Positions 29,051 through 38,379 of a DNA stretch of 64,000 bases are shown in pieces. Numbering within the stretch: position 1 is the stretch's first letter; each line of letters begins with the position of its first letter. This DNA comes from Paenibacillaceae bacterium (GTDB lineage: Bacteria > Bacillota > Bacilli > Paenibacillales > UBA4045). Made by a program: the position numbers and the translations under genes. The notes under the pieces are model-generated. The model was given only the letters and a program-made list of their open reading frames with translations, made no database searches and was not told the origin of the DNA. The stretch lies in assembly GCA_040880185.1 (NCBI GenBank), contig JBBDIY010000069.1, positions 4,556-68,555 of the forward strand, written 5' to 3'.

Positions 29051-30163
29051 TTGAATTTAGCGGATATGCTTTGCTATGCTGATATTCATCAGTTGAACAA
29101 AATCGCCCAACATTATCAATGTGAATGTAGTGGGAATTCGAAAAATGAGCTCATACAAGCGATTCTGAATGCGGTTAGTCGGAACGAGTCCTTCAATCAA
29201 TTTATAGGTGATATGACCATTGAAGATATTCGTTTTCTTAATTCTATGCTATTCGAGAATAGAGCCTCTTATAGTTTGGAGGATTTAACTGCTCGTGCAA
29301 GCCAAGCTCGATTATCTCCTGTCGTTGGAAACCGTGATTTATCAAGAGAGATGATTAGCTCCTTTAAACAGAAGGGTTGGCTTTTCAATGGGTATTCTCA
29401 TGATACCAAATTTGACTTCCAAGTGCCTGATGATCTGAAAGAGAGAACATGTATCGCATTACAAGGACGCTTTCTGACTAATCTTGAACGGGTGGATGAG
29501 CCACCTGCTTACCGTGATGAACAGAATGTGTTGGCTGATGATATCATGTATCTTTTGCGTTTTTTAGCTCAAGAGGATGTACCCCTAACTACGGATGGAG
29601 CGATATACAAAAGAGTGCTCTCACAGCTGCTGGACGGCATGACCGTTAAGGAGCTACCTCTATCTAGAGTGGGATGGCGTTTCGGTTATGGTCGTCGATT
29701 TCGCGATTATCCGGATCGTTTCTCATTCATCTATGACTATTGTTATTATAACGAGTTTATTCGAGAACAAGATGACCAATTGCAGCTTACTGAGAAGGGC
29801 CGGAGGCTTGTTCATGAAAATCACAAAGAAGACCTTGGACAAATGTACCGACTGTGGATAAGATTATATAAAGGACCTGTTCCAAATATATTATCACTCG
29901 CTCATTGGGTTCAGAGACTATCAAATCGTTGGGTAACGGCTAGTTCACTTATTGCTACTTTGAGTCCGATGGTCAAACCTTTCTATTACGATAATGCCGA
30001 GACGATTGTTGAACAACGAATTCTGCAAATGATGATGCATTTGGGATTGATCCGTATGGGTGAGAATGTTACAGGTAAGGTCGTACAAGCCACGCAAATT
30101 GCATTATCTGCGATTCGTGGAGTTAAGGTAAGTGATGAGGAGGTCATCACTTTTCCAATATGA
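29051..30163 (+). CDS. hypothetical 370-aa cytoplasmic protein
   Basis: Long ORF with a TTG start 7 nt after GGAGG. I cannot assign a catalytic motif. Confidence 0.5.
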   Translation: MNLADMLCYADIHQLNKIAQHYQCECSGNSKNELIQAILNAVSRNESFNQFIGDMTIEDIRFLNSMLFENRASYSLEDLTARASQARLSPVVGNRDLSREMISSFKQKGWLFNGYSHDTKFDFQVPDDLKERTCIALQGRFLTNLERVDEPPAYRDEQNVLADDIMYLLRFLAQEDVPLTTDGAIYKRVLSQLLDGMTVKELPLSRVGWRFGYGRRFRDYPDRFSFIYDYCYYNEFIREQDDQLQLTEKGRRLVHENHKEDLGQMYRLWIRLYKGPVPNILSLAHWVQRLSNRWVTASSLIATLSPMVKPFYYDNAETIVEQRILQMMMHLGLIRMGENVTGKVVQATQIALSAIRGVKVSDEEVITFPI

Positions 30164-30205
30164 GGAGTTCTCGATACGGATCGACTTCCACTAAACTCCC
30201 TTGTT

Positions 30206-30250
30206 AGTCACGACAGTTTAATTTCCAGAGTCACGACAGTTTAATTTCAG
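30206..30250 (+). repeat. two tandem copies of AGTCACGACAGTTTAATTTCCAG fused to the SD of the next gene
   Basis: Copy 1 is at 30206-30228 (23 nt). Copy 2 is at 30229-30250 (22 nt, one C missing), followed by AAGGAG at 30251-30256. The same unit occurs at 2443-2465. Confidence 0.9.
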
Positions 30251-30263
30251 AAGGAGAGATTTG

Positions 30264-30779
30264 ATGTTATATGACTACAAAGGGATAAAGCCGAGTTTGC
30301 ATGAAACTGTATTCATCGCAGACGGTGTCAGGATCATTGGGGAAGTGAGCATTGAACAAGAATGTTCAATCTGGTACAACGCCGTACTTCGTGGTGATCT
30401 GGCACCTATACGGATCGGACAGAGAACGAATATTCAAGACGGAACGATCGCACATGTCAATATGAATCAGCCCCTGCTGATCGGAGACGATGTGTCTGTA
30501 GGTCATGGTGCGATAATCCACGGTTGTACGATTGGAAAAGGAGCTTTAATCGGTATGGGAGCTATTATTCTGAATGGAGCGATTATCGGAGAGTATGCTT
30601 TAATAGGTGCTGGATCCATCGTCACGGAGAATAATATCATACCTCCATATACTCTTTCTTTAGGCTCTCCTGCAAGAGTAGTTCGTGAACTAACAGCTGT
30701 CGATCTCAATCGAATGAAGGTTACGACAGATAACTATGTACTGAAGGGGAAAGAATACAAGCATGATGAAACGAGGTGA
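30264..30779 (+). CDS. gamma-carbonic-anhydrase-like / hexapeptide-repeat (LbH) protein
   Basis: Left-handed beta-helix hexapeptide repeats (IGxxxxIGxGAII) and a YrdA/PaaY-like N-terminus. ATG lies 7 nt after AAGGAG. Confidence 0.8.
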   Translation: MLYDYKGIKPSLHETVFIADGVRIIGEVSIEQECSIWYNAVLRGDLAPIRIGQRTNIQDGTIAHVNMNQPLLIGDDVSVGHGAIIHGCTIGKGALIGMGAIILNGAIIGEYALIGAGSIVTENNIIPPYTLSLGSPARVVRELTAVDLNRMKVTTDNYVLKGKEYKHDETR

Positions 30780-30785
30780 ATTGTA

Positions 30786-31229
30786 GTGAAATTTAGTGAT
30801 ATTGATAAAGAGCAATGGCCACTATTGAAGCCTTATCTGGATACGGTATTGCTTCCTGTAACGGGCTTAAGTGGAACCGAGGAGCCGTGGGAGGCAACAC
30901 GTGGACTTGAACAATTGCGAGATTTGATTGATGCCATAGAAGATTCATTTCGTGGTCGTGTTGTTATATATCCGGCCTATCATTACATATCGGAATTCAC
31001 CACCAAAGAACAATTGCAGCACATCTGTAGTCGTTTGCGAGCGAATGGTTTTAACTATGTAATGATTGCAATACGAGGTGATACAAAGCTTCAAATGGAC
31101 AAACCCTACTATGATCTCTTACTATCTTATTCAGATTACAAGGGGCTGACTGTTAGTGATATGAAAAAGGATGTGCACGGGAAAATCGTTGCAGTATGGG
31201 ATACGAAGCGGGACGATACAAATATGTGA
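30786..31229 (+). CDS. YpiF-like protein (DUF2487-type)
   Basis: Same position upstream of qcrA as ypiF, with a YpiF-like N-terminus (W...YLDTVLLPV). GTG start. Confidence 0.55.
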   Translation: MKFSDIDKEQWPLLKPYLDTVLLPVTGLSGTEEPWEATRGLEQLRDLIDAIEDSFRGRVVIYPAYHYISEFTTKEQLQHICSRLRANGFNYVMIAIRGDTKLQMDKPYYDLLLSYSDYKGLTVSDMKKDVHGKIVAVWDTKRDDTNM

Positions 31230-31280
31230 CAATTTGTGAACAATTCCATGCAGATAACATTTATAATTAGGGCGGATTTC

Positions 31281-31310
31281 TTGACTGGCTGTGAGCGTGT
31301 GAGCTATTAT
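31281..31310 (+). promoter_or_regulatory. possible qcr promoter (TTGACT-18-TATTAT)
   Basis: TTGACT at 31281-31286 and TATTAT at 31305-31310. Confidence 0.4.
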
Positions 31311-31370
31311 ATTTATGTTCGTTATATTTATTCGGAGTTATACAAGTAGTGAAATAAGGGGGTAGTGAGC

Positions 31371-31925
31371 ATGAGTGATATGCATGAAAAAGATAAGCAC
31401 CCTTCAGGTGATAAGCCTATATTGAAGAAGGAAATGTCTCGTAGACAATTTCTAACCTACACCTTGGGGGGAACTGGCGGATTTATGGTTGCATTGCCTT
31501 TAATCCCAATGCTTCGATTTGCCGTAGATCCTCTTCTGCAAACCAAAGGTGAAGGCGATTGGGTGAAGGTTGTCGAGGAAAGCCAAATTACAACAGAGCC
31601 TAAAGAATTTACGTTTAGCAAATTACAAGTTGACGGTTGGTACAGCAGCACACCAGACTTTGCAGCATGGATCGCCAAAGATGAGAGTGGTAAAGTTTTT
31701 GCGCTTTCTCCTATCTGTAAGCATCTAGGATGTACAATACAATGGGCTGGTAGCGAAGTGAAAGAGGATCCGAATCAATACCATTGTCCTTGTCATGGAG
31801 CACGTTATACGAAGGATGGCAAAGATCTTAAAGTTGCATCCGTTCCACTTGATCAGTATGACGTGGATATAAAAAATGGATTTGTTTATTTAGGTACAGT
31901 AATGCCTAACAAAAGGGTGAAATAG
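31371..31925 (+). CDS. qcrA: menaquinol-cytochrome c reductase Rieske iron-sulfur subunit
   Basis: Rieske motifs CKHLGC and CPCHG, with a Tat-like SRRQFL N-terminus. Confidence 0.92.
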   Translation: MSDMHEKDKHPSGDKPILKKEMSRRQFLTYTLGGTGGFMVALPLIPMLRFAVDPLLQTKGEGDWVKVVEESQITTEPKEFTFSKLQVDGWYSSTPDFAAWIAKDESGKVFALSPICKHLGCTIQWAGSEVKEDPNQYHCPCHGARYTKDGKDLKVASVPLDQYDVDIKNGFVYLGTVMPNKRVK

Positions 31926-31939
31926 GAGGCGCAAATCAG

Positions 31940-32611
31940 ATGTTGAAGAACGTTTATAACTGGATTGACGAACGTCTTGATATTACGCCGATGTGGCGGG
32001 ACGTCGCGGATCATGAGGTTCCCGAGCATGTAAACCCAGCACATCATTTCTCAGCTTTCGTCTATTGCTTTGGCGGTCTGACATTCTTTATTACTGTAAT
32101 TCAAATACTCTCAGGTATGTTCCTGTCGATGTATTATGTACCAGACATCATTAATGCATATGCAAGTGTTGATTACCTGCAACACAAGGTTGCTTTCGGA
32201 GCGATTGTAAGGGGTATGCATCATTGGGGCGCAAGTTTGGTTATTGTGATGATGTTCCTACATACTCTACGCGTATTCTTCACCGGTTCATATAAGAACC
32301 CTCGTGAAATGAACTGGGTTGTGGGTGTGCTCATTTTCTTCGTTATGCTAGCCCTTGGTTTAACAGGTTATTTACTACCATGGGATAATAAAGGTTTCTT
32401 CGCAACGAAGGTTACATTGGAAATCGCTTCTTCAGCACCATTCGTTGGTACTTATCTCAAGGAAATATTACAAGGCGGTAATATCATTGGTGCTCAGACA
32501 TTGACCCGATTCTTCGCTATTCATGTGTTCTTCCTTCCTGGTGTATTACTTGGCTTACTGGGAGCGCATTTCTTCATGATTCGTAAACAAGGTATATCTG
32601 GACCACTATAA
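31940..32611 (+). CDS. qcrB: menaquinol-cytochrome c reductase cytochrome b subunit
   Basis: Cytochrome b6-like, about 224 aa, with conserved His pairs in TM helices (GMHHWGAS). Confidence 0.92.
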   Translation: MLKNVYNWIDERLDITPMWRDVADHEVPEHVNPAHHFSAFVYCFGGLTFFITVIQILSGMFLSMYYVPDIINAYASVDYLQHKVAFGAIVRGMHHWGASLVIVMMFLHTLRVFFTGSYKNPREMNWVVGVLIFFVMLALGLTGYLLPWDNKGFFATKVTLEIASSAPFVGTYLKEILQGGNIIGAQTLTRFFAIHVFFLPGVLLGLLGAHFFMIRKQGISGPL

Positions 32612-32639
32612 AACTTTAAACCGAGAGGAGGACGATGGT

Positions 32640-33515
32640 GTGGCGCACAAACAAGGCGAAGAAAAAGTCCATTACGTTGGAGATTCGCGAGTTCGAGTAA
32701 AATCGGAGAGGCCAATCCCACAAGATTATACCGCTTATCCAGGGAAGTCAGAGGCATTCGTTCCGAATTTCTTATTGAAAGAATGGATGGTTGGCGCAGT
32801 AGTGTTAGTTGGTTTCATGGTGCTTGTTTTATCTCATCCAGCTCCTTTAGGATACCTTGCTGACCCATTAAATCCCAACTTCATTCCAATGCCAGATTGG
32901 TATTTCTTATTCATGTATCAGCTTCTGAAGTATCCATACACAACTGAAAACTTCGTAGTTCTTGGTACTATCGTCATTCCTACCTTTGCGTTTGGAGCCT
33001 TATTATTGGCACCATTCCTAGATACCGGTAAAGAAAGAAGATTCTATCGCAGACCTATCGCTTCAACGCTTATGATATTCTCGATTATTGCTGTCTTCTA
33101 TCTGACCATAACAGCTTGGACTCATTACCAGAATGAGCTTGTCGCAAGAGGTATCACACCTGAGCATTTCCTTAAGGAAGAAGAGGTTATGGCTAGCAAG
33201 GGTAAACCTCCTGAAGCTCCTAAGGCTGATCCTAAGTCACTTGCTATCGTTGCCGAAGATGATCCAGGTGCAACGATTTATCAGAAAGCAACTTGCGTCG
33301 CTTGTCATGGTGACTCATTAAAAGGTGCAGGCTCAATCCCCCCTCTTCGTGGTGTCGGTGATAAGTATTCACAAGATGAGATCTTGGGTATCATTAAGAA
33401 CGGTAAGGGCGGCATGGCCAAGCAATACGATGATAATATTGCAAAAGGATTGACTGCAACGGACATCGATACATTAGCAGGCTGGCTAGCACTTCAGAAA
33501 GCACCTGTCGAATAA
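32640..33515 (+). CDS. qcrC: menaquinol-cytochrome c reductase cytochrome b/c subunit
   Basis: Subunit-IV-like TM N-terminal part plus a C-terminal c-type heme site CVACHG. GTG lies 8 nt after GAGAGGAGG. Confidence 0.9.
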   Translation: MAHKQGEEKVHYVGDSRVRVKSERPIPQDYTAYPGKSEAFVPNFLLKEWMVGAVVLVGFMVLVLSHPAPLGYLADPLNPNFIPMPDWYFLFMYQLLKYPYTTENFVVLGTIVIPTFAFGALLLAPFLDTGKERRFYRRPIASTLMIFSIIAVFYLTITAWTHYQNELVARGITPEHFLKEEEVMASKGKPPEAPKADPKSLAIVAEDDPGATIYQKATCVACHGDSLKGAGSIPPLRGVGDKYSQDEILGIIKNGKGGMAKQYDDNIAKGLTATDIDTLAGWLALQKAPVE

Positions 33516-33530
33516 ATCATGGGAATCACA

Positions 33531-33563
33531 CAGCCTGACCGTAATGACGGTTAGGCTGTTTTT
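33531..33563 (+). terminator. intrinsic terminator
   Basis: A 12-bp stem (CAGCCTGACCGT pairs with ACGGTTAGGCTG), loop AATG, then TTTTT. Confidence 0.88.
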
Positions 33564-33591
33564 CTAATTATAGAATGGAGTGCAGGTGTTT

Positions 33592-34257
33592 ATGTGGCGT
33601 TATTTTTGGAGCGAGGATTTCTTCTTCTCTAAACCGATGTTGTGGTTATTGTTTATTACGAATGCAGCAGGCACGGCATACGGCTATATCTGGTACGGGA
33701 ATCAACTACAACTTACATACAATACGATGAATCGATGGTTATTACCTTTCGTACCGGACAGTCCTACCGCAAGCTTGTTCTTTACGCTCTCTTTGCTATT
33801 CATCATTATTGATCGATCGATAGCGTGGGGTACTGATCACTCCCAACTGTATAAAGCGATTAGAGCTTTCGTAGATGCCTTCGCAGTGGTTACCTCAGTT
33901 AAGTATGGGATATGGGCAGTTTCCATGATTGCGGCTGGAGGGATTCAAGGCGATCCGATCATCTGGAAGGAATGGATGCTCGTGGTCTCTCACCTTGGAA
34001 TGGCATTACAAGTCATCTTGTTCTCACGTTATTTGCGCTTCGGACAAGTTTCCCTTGGACTAGTCGCGATATGGGTAATTCTCAACGATTATTTGGATTA
34101 CCACCGTATGATCTACCCATGGCTACCAAATATACTTGAGGACGATTTAATTGTAATTGAAGTTTATAGCGTATTCTTAAGTGTTTGTGGCTTATTCACG
34201 GCGAGCGTAATTTATAAACTGCAAAAAAATGAGCTCCACATCAAACATAAGGTCTAA
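33592..34257 (+). CDS. YpjA-like integral membrane protein (DUF1405-type)
   Basis: Multi-TM protein in the same position as ypjA after qcrC. The start is ambiguous (GTG 33580 or ATG 33592). Confidence 0.6.
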   Translation: MWRYFWSEDFFFSKPMLWLLFITNAAGTAYGYIWYGNQLQLTYNTMNRWLLPFVPDSPTASLFFTLSLLFIIIDRSIAWGTDHSQLYKAIRAFVDAFAVVTSVKYGIWAVSMIAAGGIQGDPIIWKEWMLVVSHLGMALQVILFSRYLRFGQVSLGLVAIWVILNDYLDYHRMIYPWLPNILEDDLIVIEVYSVFLSVCGLFTASVIYKLQKNELHIKHKV

Positions 34258-34304
34258 CATAGGACATCCCTCCATATGATGTGTTGAAGGAGGGATGTCC
34301 TATG
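34258..34304 (+). promoter_or_regulatory. perfect 16-bp inverted repeat sequestering the SD and start codon of the next gene
   Basis: CATAGGACATCCCTCC (34258-34273) and GGAGGGATGTCCTATG (34289-34304) with a 15-nt loop. The right arm contains the SD GGAGGG and the ATG at 34302. Confidence 0.85.
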
Positions 34305-35138
34305 TTGATCAAAGGTCACTACCCGCAACTGTTCAGGTTATGCATGCTCGGTATAGTTGTGGTTATGTTTACGGTAATGACTGGTTGTGTACGTCAATCA
34401 GATGGACTAGCACCTACATGGGGCGTTCCACAATCACAAGAGAAACCACTCAGACTGTTGAATGATTCAGCGAAAACCTTGTATAACTATGCTAAGGATG
34501 GCGAATTCGAAGAAGCTCGCATTGAGCTTGATCGATTGAGTGATTTGCTCACTACCGTTTCGTATAAGGGGATAACAACATTAGAAGGCGTTAATGCATT
34601 AACACAAACCGTAGTGAATGCTCGTCGCATCTATAATCGAGTTCAGCTCAGAGAGAAAGATGCTTTAACCGCAGCAACGCAATTACGACTCATAACCGAT
34701 GCGTTAACACACCATAATAATCCGATGTGGCTGGAATATGAGCATGTGTTAAAGCAGGATGCCGAAAAACTTTATGGAATGGTTAAGTCGAACAATGATG
34801 TCGGTTCTCTAGCGGCACTTCAGAAGCTTCACTACCACTATGCCATCATTCATCCAACTGTGATCATCACTAAAGATGCTTCACTTGTGGAGAAGGTGGA
34901 CTCGTTGTTCAATTTCCTGACTGTGGAATTATCACGAGGAAAAGTTGATTATTCAAGGGTCAATCAAGGTATGAATCACCTCCCTGTTATCCTGAATGAA
35001 TTATTTGGTAGTAAGGATAGTCAAACATCGGTACCTCTTGCGATTCAACAAAATAATGTGATCTGGACTACCTTTATCGCTTCTGTCATTATTAGCGCAT
35101 TAGCTTATGTGGCTTGGAGAAGGTACAGGGTACTATGA
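34302..35138 (+). CDS. sporulation protein YpjB-like
   Basis: N-terminal TM/lipobox-like segment (VMTGC) and a C-terminal TM, in the position of ypjB. ATG follows AAGGAGGG. The track start is GTG 34281. Confidence 0.6.
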   Translation: MLIKGHYPQLFRLCMLGIVVVMFTVMTGCVRQSDGLAPTWGVPQSQEKPLRLLNDSAKTLYNYAKDGEFEEARIELDRLSDLLTTVSYKGITTLEGVNALTQTVVNARRIYNRVQLREKDALTAATQLRLITDALTHHNNPMWLEYEHVLKQDAEKLYGMVKSNNDVGSLAALQKLHYHYAIIHPTVIITKDASLVEKVDSLFNFLTVELSRGKVDYSRVNQGMNHLPVILNELFGSKDSQTSVPLAIQQNNVIWTTFIASVIISALAYVAWRRYRVL

Positions 35139-35140
35139 TC

Positions 35141-36010
35141 TTAATCCATTTTAAATCCTTCACCCAACACATCATGTACATCACTGATAATCAGGAAGGC
35201 TCTATCATCCATTTCACGTATTAGAGCCTTCATTCTTCTCATTTCATGCCGATAAACGACACAATAGACAACTTGTTTAGACTGTTGGGAATAAGCACCC
35301 TTGGCAGCGAATAAAGTTACGCCTCGATCCATCTCTTTTGTAATACTTGCTGCTACCGCTTCGGAATGATCTGTGATGATAGTAAAAGCTTTGGCCGCAT
35401 AAGCTCCATCTTGAATGAAATCAATGATTCTCGATACAATAAATACGGTAACCAAGGTGTAGAGCACTTTTTCTTTTGGGATATAGAGCAGTGAAGTAAA
35501 GATGACCACCACATCCATAACAAGAATAAACTGGCCCATACTCCAACCTCTTTTTTTCTGTACAATCCTCGCAATAATATCTGAGCCACCCGTGGTGCCT
35601 CCATACCGGAATACGATTCCGAGTCCTGCTCCCAAGGTTACTCCCGCGTAAAGTGCAACTAATAGGTAATCATTATGTGTGTAAAATGGGTTTAACCAAT
35701 TGTGCTTGATTGCAAATTCCATGACCCATAAGAAGAACGAAAGAGACACGGTTCCAAAGATGGTGGATGCCATTGAAGATTTGCCAAACACATACCAACC
35801 TAAGATGAATAAGGGGATGTTCAGTACAAGTGTTGTTATCGAGGGGGGAAGTGAAAGGGCATAGTTGAGGATTAATGCAATCCCCGTAATACCACCTTCC
35901 ATTAATTGATTGGGGATAATGAAGTAATGTAACCCAAATGCGTAGATCGCTGTTCCGAGCATAATAGGAAGATGGCTTCTAAACAGACTCCTCGCGTTGA
36001 TTGTGAGCAT
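35141..36010 (-). CDS. YitT-family membrane protein (YpjC-like, C-terminal DUF2179-type domain)
   Basis: Five to six TM segments plus a soluble C-terminal domain typical of the YitT family. ATG at 36010 lies 8 nt after AAGGGG. The track start is GTG 36019. Confidence 0.75.
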   Translation of the reverse strand: MLTINARSLFRSHLPIMLGTAIYAFGLHYFIIPNQLMEGGITGIALILNYALSLPPSITTLVLNIPLFILGWYVFGKSSMASTIFGTVSLSFFLWVMEFAIKHNWLNPFYTHNDYLLVALYAGVTLGAGLGIVFRYGGTTGGSDIIARIVQKKRGWSMGQFILVMDVVVIFTSLLYIPKEKVLYTLVTVFIVSRIIDFIQDGAYAAKAFTIITDHSEAVAASITKEMDRGVTLFAAKGAYSQQSKQVVYCVVYRHEMRRMKALIREMDDRAFLIISDVHDVLGEGFKMD

Positions 36011-36170
36011 CTTAGTCACCCCTTATTGATGATGAAGTAAACAACTGATACGATTAGTATAATCAAATATGTAAGCTTCCAAAAGCACAAAAACGTCATT
36101 GTGTTCAAGCTCCCTTTAAGTTAACATGAATATAGTCCTAAAAGTTATGGATCACGGAAGGAATAGGGTT

Positions 36171-36506
36171 ATGTCCGATAAATCTTTGCAAGACATGCAA
36201 CAGGAAGTAGATCAATATATTTCGCAATTTAAGGAAGGTTACTTCGGTCCATTATCTATGCTTGCACGTATGAGTGAAGAGGTGGGTGAGTTGGCGAGAG
36301 AGGTTAATCATCTCTATGGTGAGAAGCCTAAGAAAGCAACGGAAGCAGATAATTCTATAGAGCTTGAGCTTGGTGACATACTATTCATCACCGTCTGCTT
36401 CGCTAATTCTTTGGGGATTGACCTAGGGAAATCCTTCGATCATGTCATGGAGAAATTCCAAACAAGGGATAAGGATCGTTGGACACCCATTAACACAGAA
36501 TTGTAA
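36171..36506 (+). CDS. MazG-like nucleotide pyrophosphohydrolase (YpjD-like)
   Basis: EEVGELAREV ... ELGDILF motif pair characteristic of the MazG fold. Confidence 0.75.
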   Translation: MSDKSLQDMQQEVDQYISQFKEGYFGPLSMLARMSEEVGELAREVNHLYGEKPKKATEADNSIELELGDILFITVCFANSLGIDLGKSFDHVMEKFQTRDKDRWTPINTEL

Positions 36507-36563
36507 TGAGCTTCATATGCTGTATCATCAACCTTCGTTAAATTGGGAGGAGGGTGGTTGTGT

Positions 36564-37067
36564 ATGGACGGGAAACAGCACATTCAGAAAGCGTATGAAT
36601 CTCTTATTCAACAAGACTTTGAGCTGGCTATAGGATCGTTTGAGAAGGCCGTTGCCAATGAACCGCAGAATGCGTTCTATCGGTATAGTTTATCGATCAC
36701 GTATGCACGGAGTAATAAGCTGAATAAAGCGATTGAGCATGCGCTTGAAGCTTGCTTACTTGCACCTCAAACCGATAATTATCTGCTACACTTGAATACG
36801 CTAAAAGCCAAAAAATTGCTTCTTCAAGCGGAACATTGGTTATATAAAGATCATCAGCGTTTGAAAGATGCGGAAATCTTGTTGAAAAGTGCCATTCAAT
36901 TGGATCCTCTATCTCTAGAAGCACTTCTCATGCTTGCTCTAGCCTATGGGATTCAGGAACGTTATAATGAGGCTGTCCAAGTATTAGCTGAAGCATTGAA
37001 GTTAGATCCACACCATGCAGAAGTTATTCAGCTTCTTGCTGACTATGAATGGTTAAAGCATAAGTAA
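36564..37067 (+). CDS. TPR-repeat protein
   Basis: Repeated 34-aa A/Y/L/P patterns such as AIxxFEKAVxxxPQNAFYRYSL and ALKLDPHHAE. Confidence 0.65.
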   Translation: MDGKQHIQKAYESLIQQDFELAIGSFEKAVANEPQNAFYRYSLSITYARSNKLNKAIEHALEACLLAPQTDNYLLHLNTLKAKKLLLQAEHWLYKDHQRLKDAEILLKSAIQLDPLSLEALLMLALAYGIQERYNEAVQVLAEALKLDPHHAEVIQLLADYEWLKHK

Positions 37068-37132
37068 ATAGCTATTGATTTCTGCAATATATTCTAGTAA
37101 TCATGACGAAGAAAGGGTTTTGGTGAATATTC

Positions 37133-37939
37133 ATGTCAGAGCGAAAAATTCGTGTAATTGTAACAGGAGCAGGTGGTCGAATGGGTCGTGAGGTAGTTCG
37201 TATGGTAATGAACGATCCCGAATTGATATTAGCAGCCGCTGTTGATCCATCTAACGTTGGAATAGATGCAGGGAAGCTTATTGGAGTTGAACCTTGCGGG
37301 GTCATTGTCTCCGATGATCTAGAGCTTTCTCTTGTGGAATCACATGCCGACGTCATGGTGGACTTCACGACTCCTCACACTGTAATGTCGAACACAAAAT
37401 TAGCGATTCGCCATGGTGTGAGGCCTGTCATCGGGACGACTGGGTTCTCTCCGAGCGACATTGAAGAGTTGGACAAGCTCAGTCGTGATAAGGAAATTGG
37501 TGGTATCATCGCCCCTAATTTCTCGATTGGTGCAATTCTTATGATGAAATTTGCCGCCCAAGCAGCCAAATACTTCCCGGATCTCGAAATTATTGAATAT
37601 CATGGCGAACAGAAACTAGATGCTCCGTCGGGAACAGCGATTAAAACTGCAGAATTAATTTCTGAGGTTCGTAAAGAGCATCGCCAAGGGAATCCCCTTG
37701 AACATGAAACAATTGAAGGTTCACGCGGAGGCTATTACAATGGATTTCGAATTCATAGTGTTCGCTTACCAGGTGTGTTCGCACAACAAGAGGTGGTGTT
37801 CGGCGGATTCGCTCAGTCCCTGAAGATTAGACATGATTCCTATGATCGTGCTGGATATATGCCCGGGGTGAATGTAGCCGTGAAGAAAGCAATGGAACTA
37901 ACGGGTATTGTGTATGGATTTGAACATTTTATTGTGTAG
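37133..37939 (+). CDS. dapB: 4-hydroxy-tetrahydrodipicolinate reductase
   Basis: VTGAGGRMG Rossmann motif and [15 protein letters not shown] motif. Confidence 0.92.
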   Translation: MSERKIRVIVTGAGGRMGREVVRMVMNDPELILAAAVDPSNVGIDAGKLIGVEPCGVIVSDDLELSLVESHADVMVDFTTPHTVMSNTKLAIRHGVRPVIGTTGFSPSDIEELDKLSRDKEIGGIIAPNFSIGAILMMKFAAQAAKYFPDLEIIEYHGEQKLDAPSGTAIKTAELISEVRKEHRQGNPLEHETIEGSRGGYYNGFRIHSVRLPGVFAQQEVVFGGFAQSLKIRHDSYDRAGYMPGVNVAVKKAMELTGIVYGFEHFIV

Positions 37940-37953
37940 TGGGGAGTGTCCTA

Positions 37954-38379
37954 ATGATGAATATAGCTCTGGTCGCGCATGATCGCAAAAAAGACGAAAT
38001 GGTTAATTTTGTAATTGCATATGAACATGTCTTTGTGCGTCATACTTTATATGCTACCGGAACTACTGGGCTCCGAATTATGGAACAAACCGATCTCACA
38101 ATAACCAGATTTATGTCGGGTCCATTGGGCGGTGATCAACAGATCGGCGCGATGGTAGCTATGAATGAGATGGATTTAATTGTTTTCTTAAGGGATCCTT
38201 TAATGGCTCAGCCTCATGAACCAGATATTAGTGCATTATTAAGATTATGTGATGTGCAAGGTATTCCCCTCGCTACGAATGTGGCAACAGCAGAAATTTT
38301 AATAAAGGCTTTAGACCGTGGTGATTTTGCTTGGAGAGAGCTTGTACATAAATATAAGCCAGGGACTGGTGAAGTGTGA
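37954..38379 (+). CDS. mgsA: methylglyoxal synthase
   Basis: [33 protein letters not shown] and PHEPD motifs, close to B. subtilis MgsA. Confidence 0.92.
   Translation: MMNIALVAHDRKKDEMVNFVIAYEHVFVRHTLYATGTTGLRIMEQTDLTITRFMSGPLGGDQQIGAMVAMNEMDLIVFLRDPLMAQPHEPDISALLRLCDVQGIPLATNVATAEILIKALDRGDFAWRELVHKYKPGTGEV

Noticed and set aside
30206-30250. A CRISPR array was considered for the tandem 23-nt repeats.
   Set aside because: The copies are contiguous with no spacers. There are only two copies, with no cas genes nearby, and the unit ends in a functional SD.
31231-31250. TTGTGAACAATTCCATG upstream of qcrA was considered as a Rex operator or cre site.
   Set aside because: Only one half-site (TTGTGAA) matches Rex. 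The second half is 4/7 at the wrong spacing, and the cre consensus TGWAANCGNTNWCA fails at several invariant positions.
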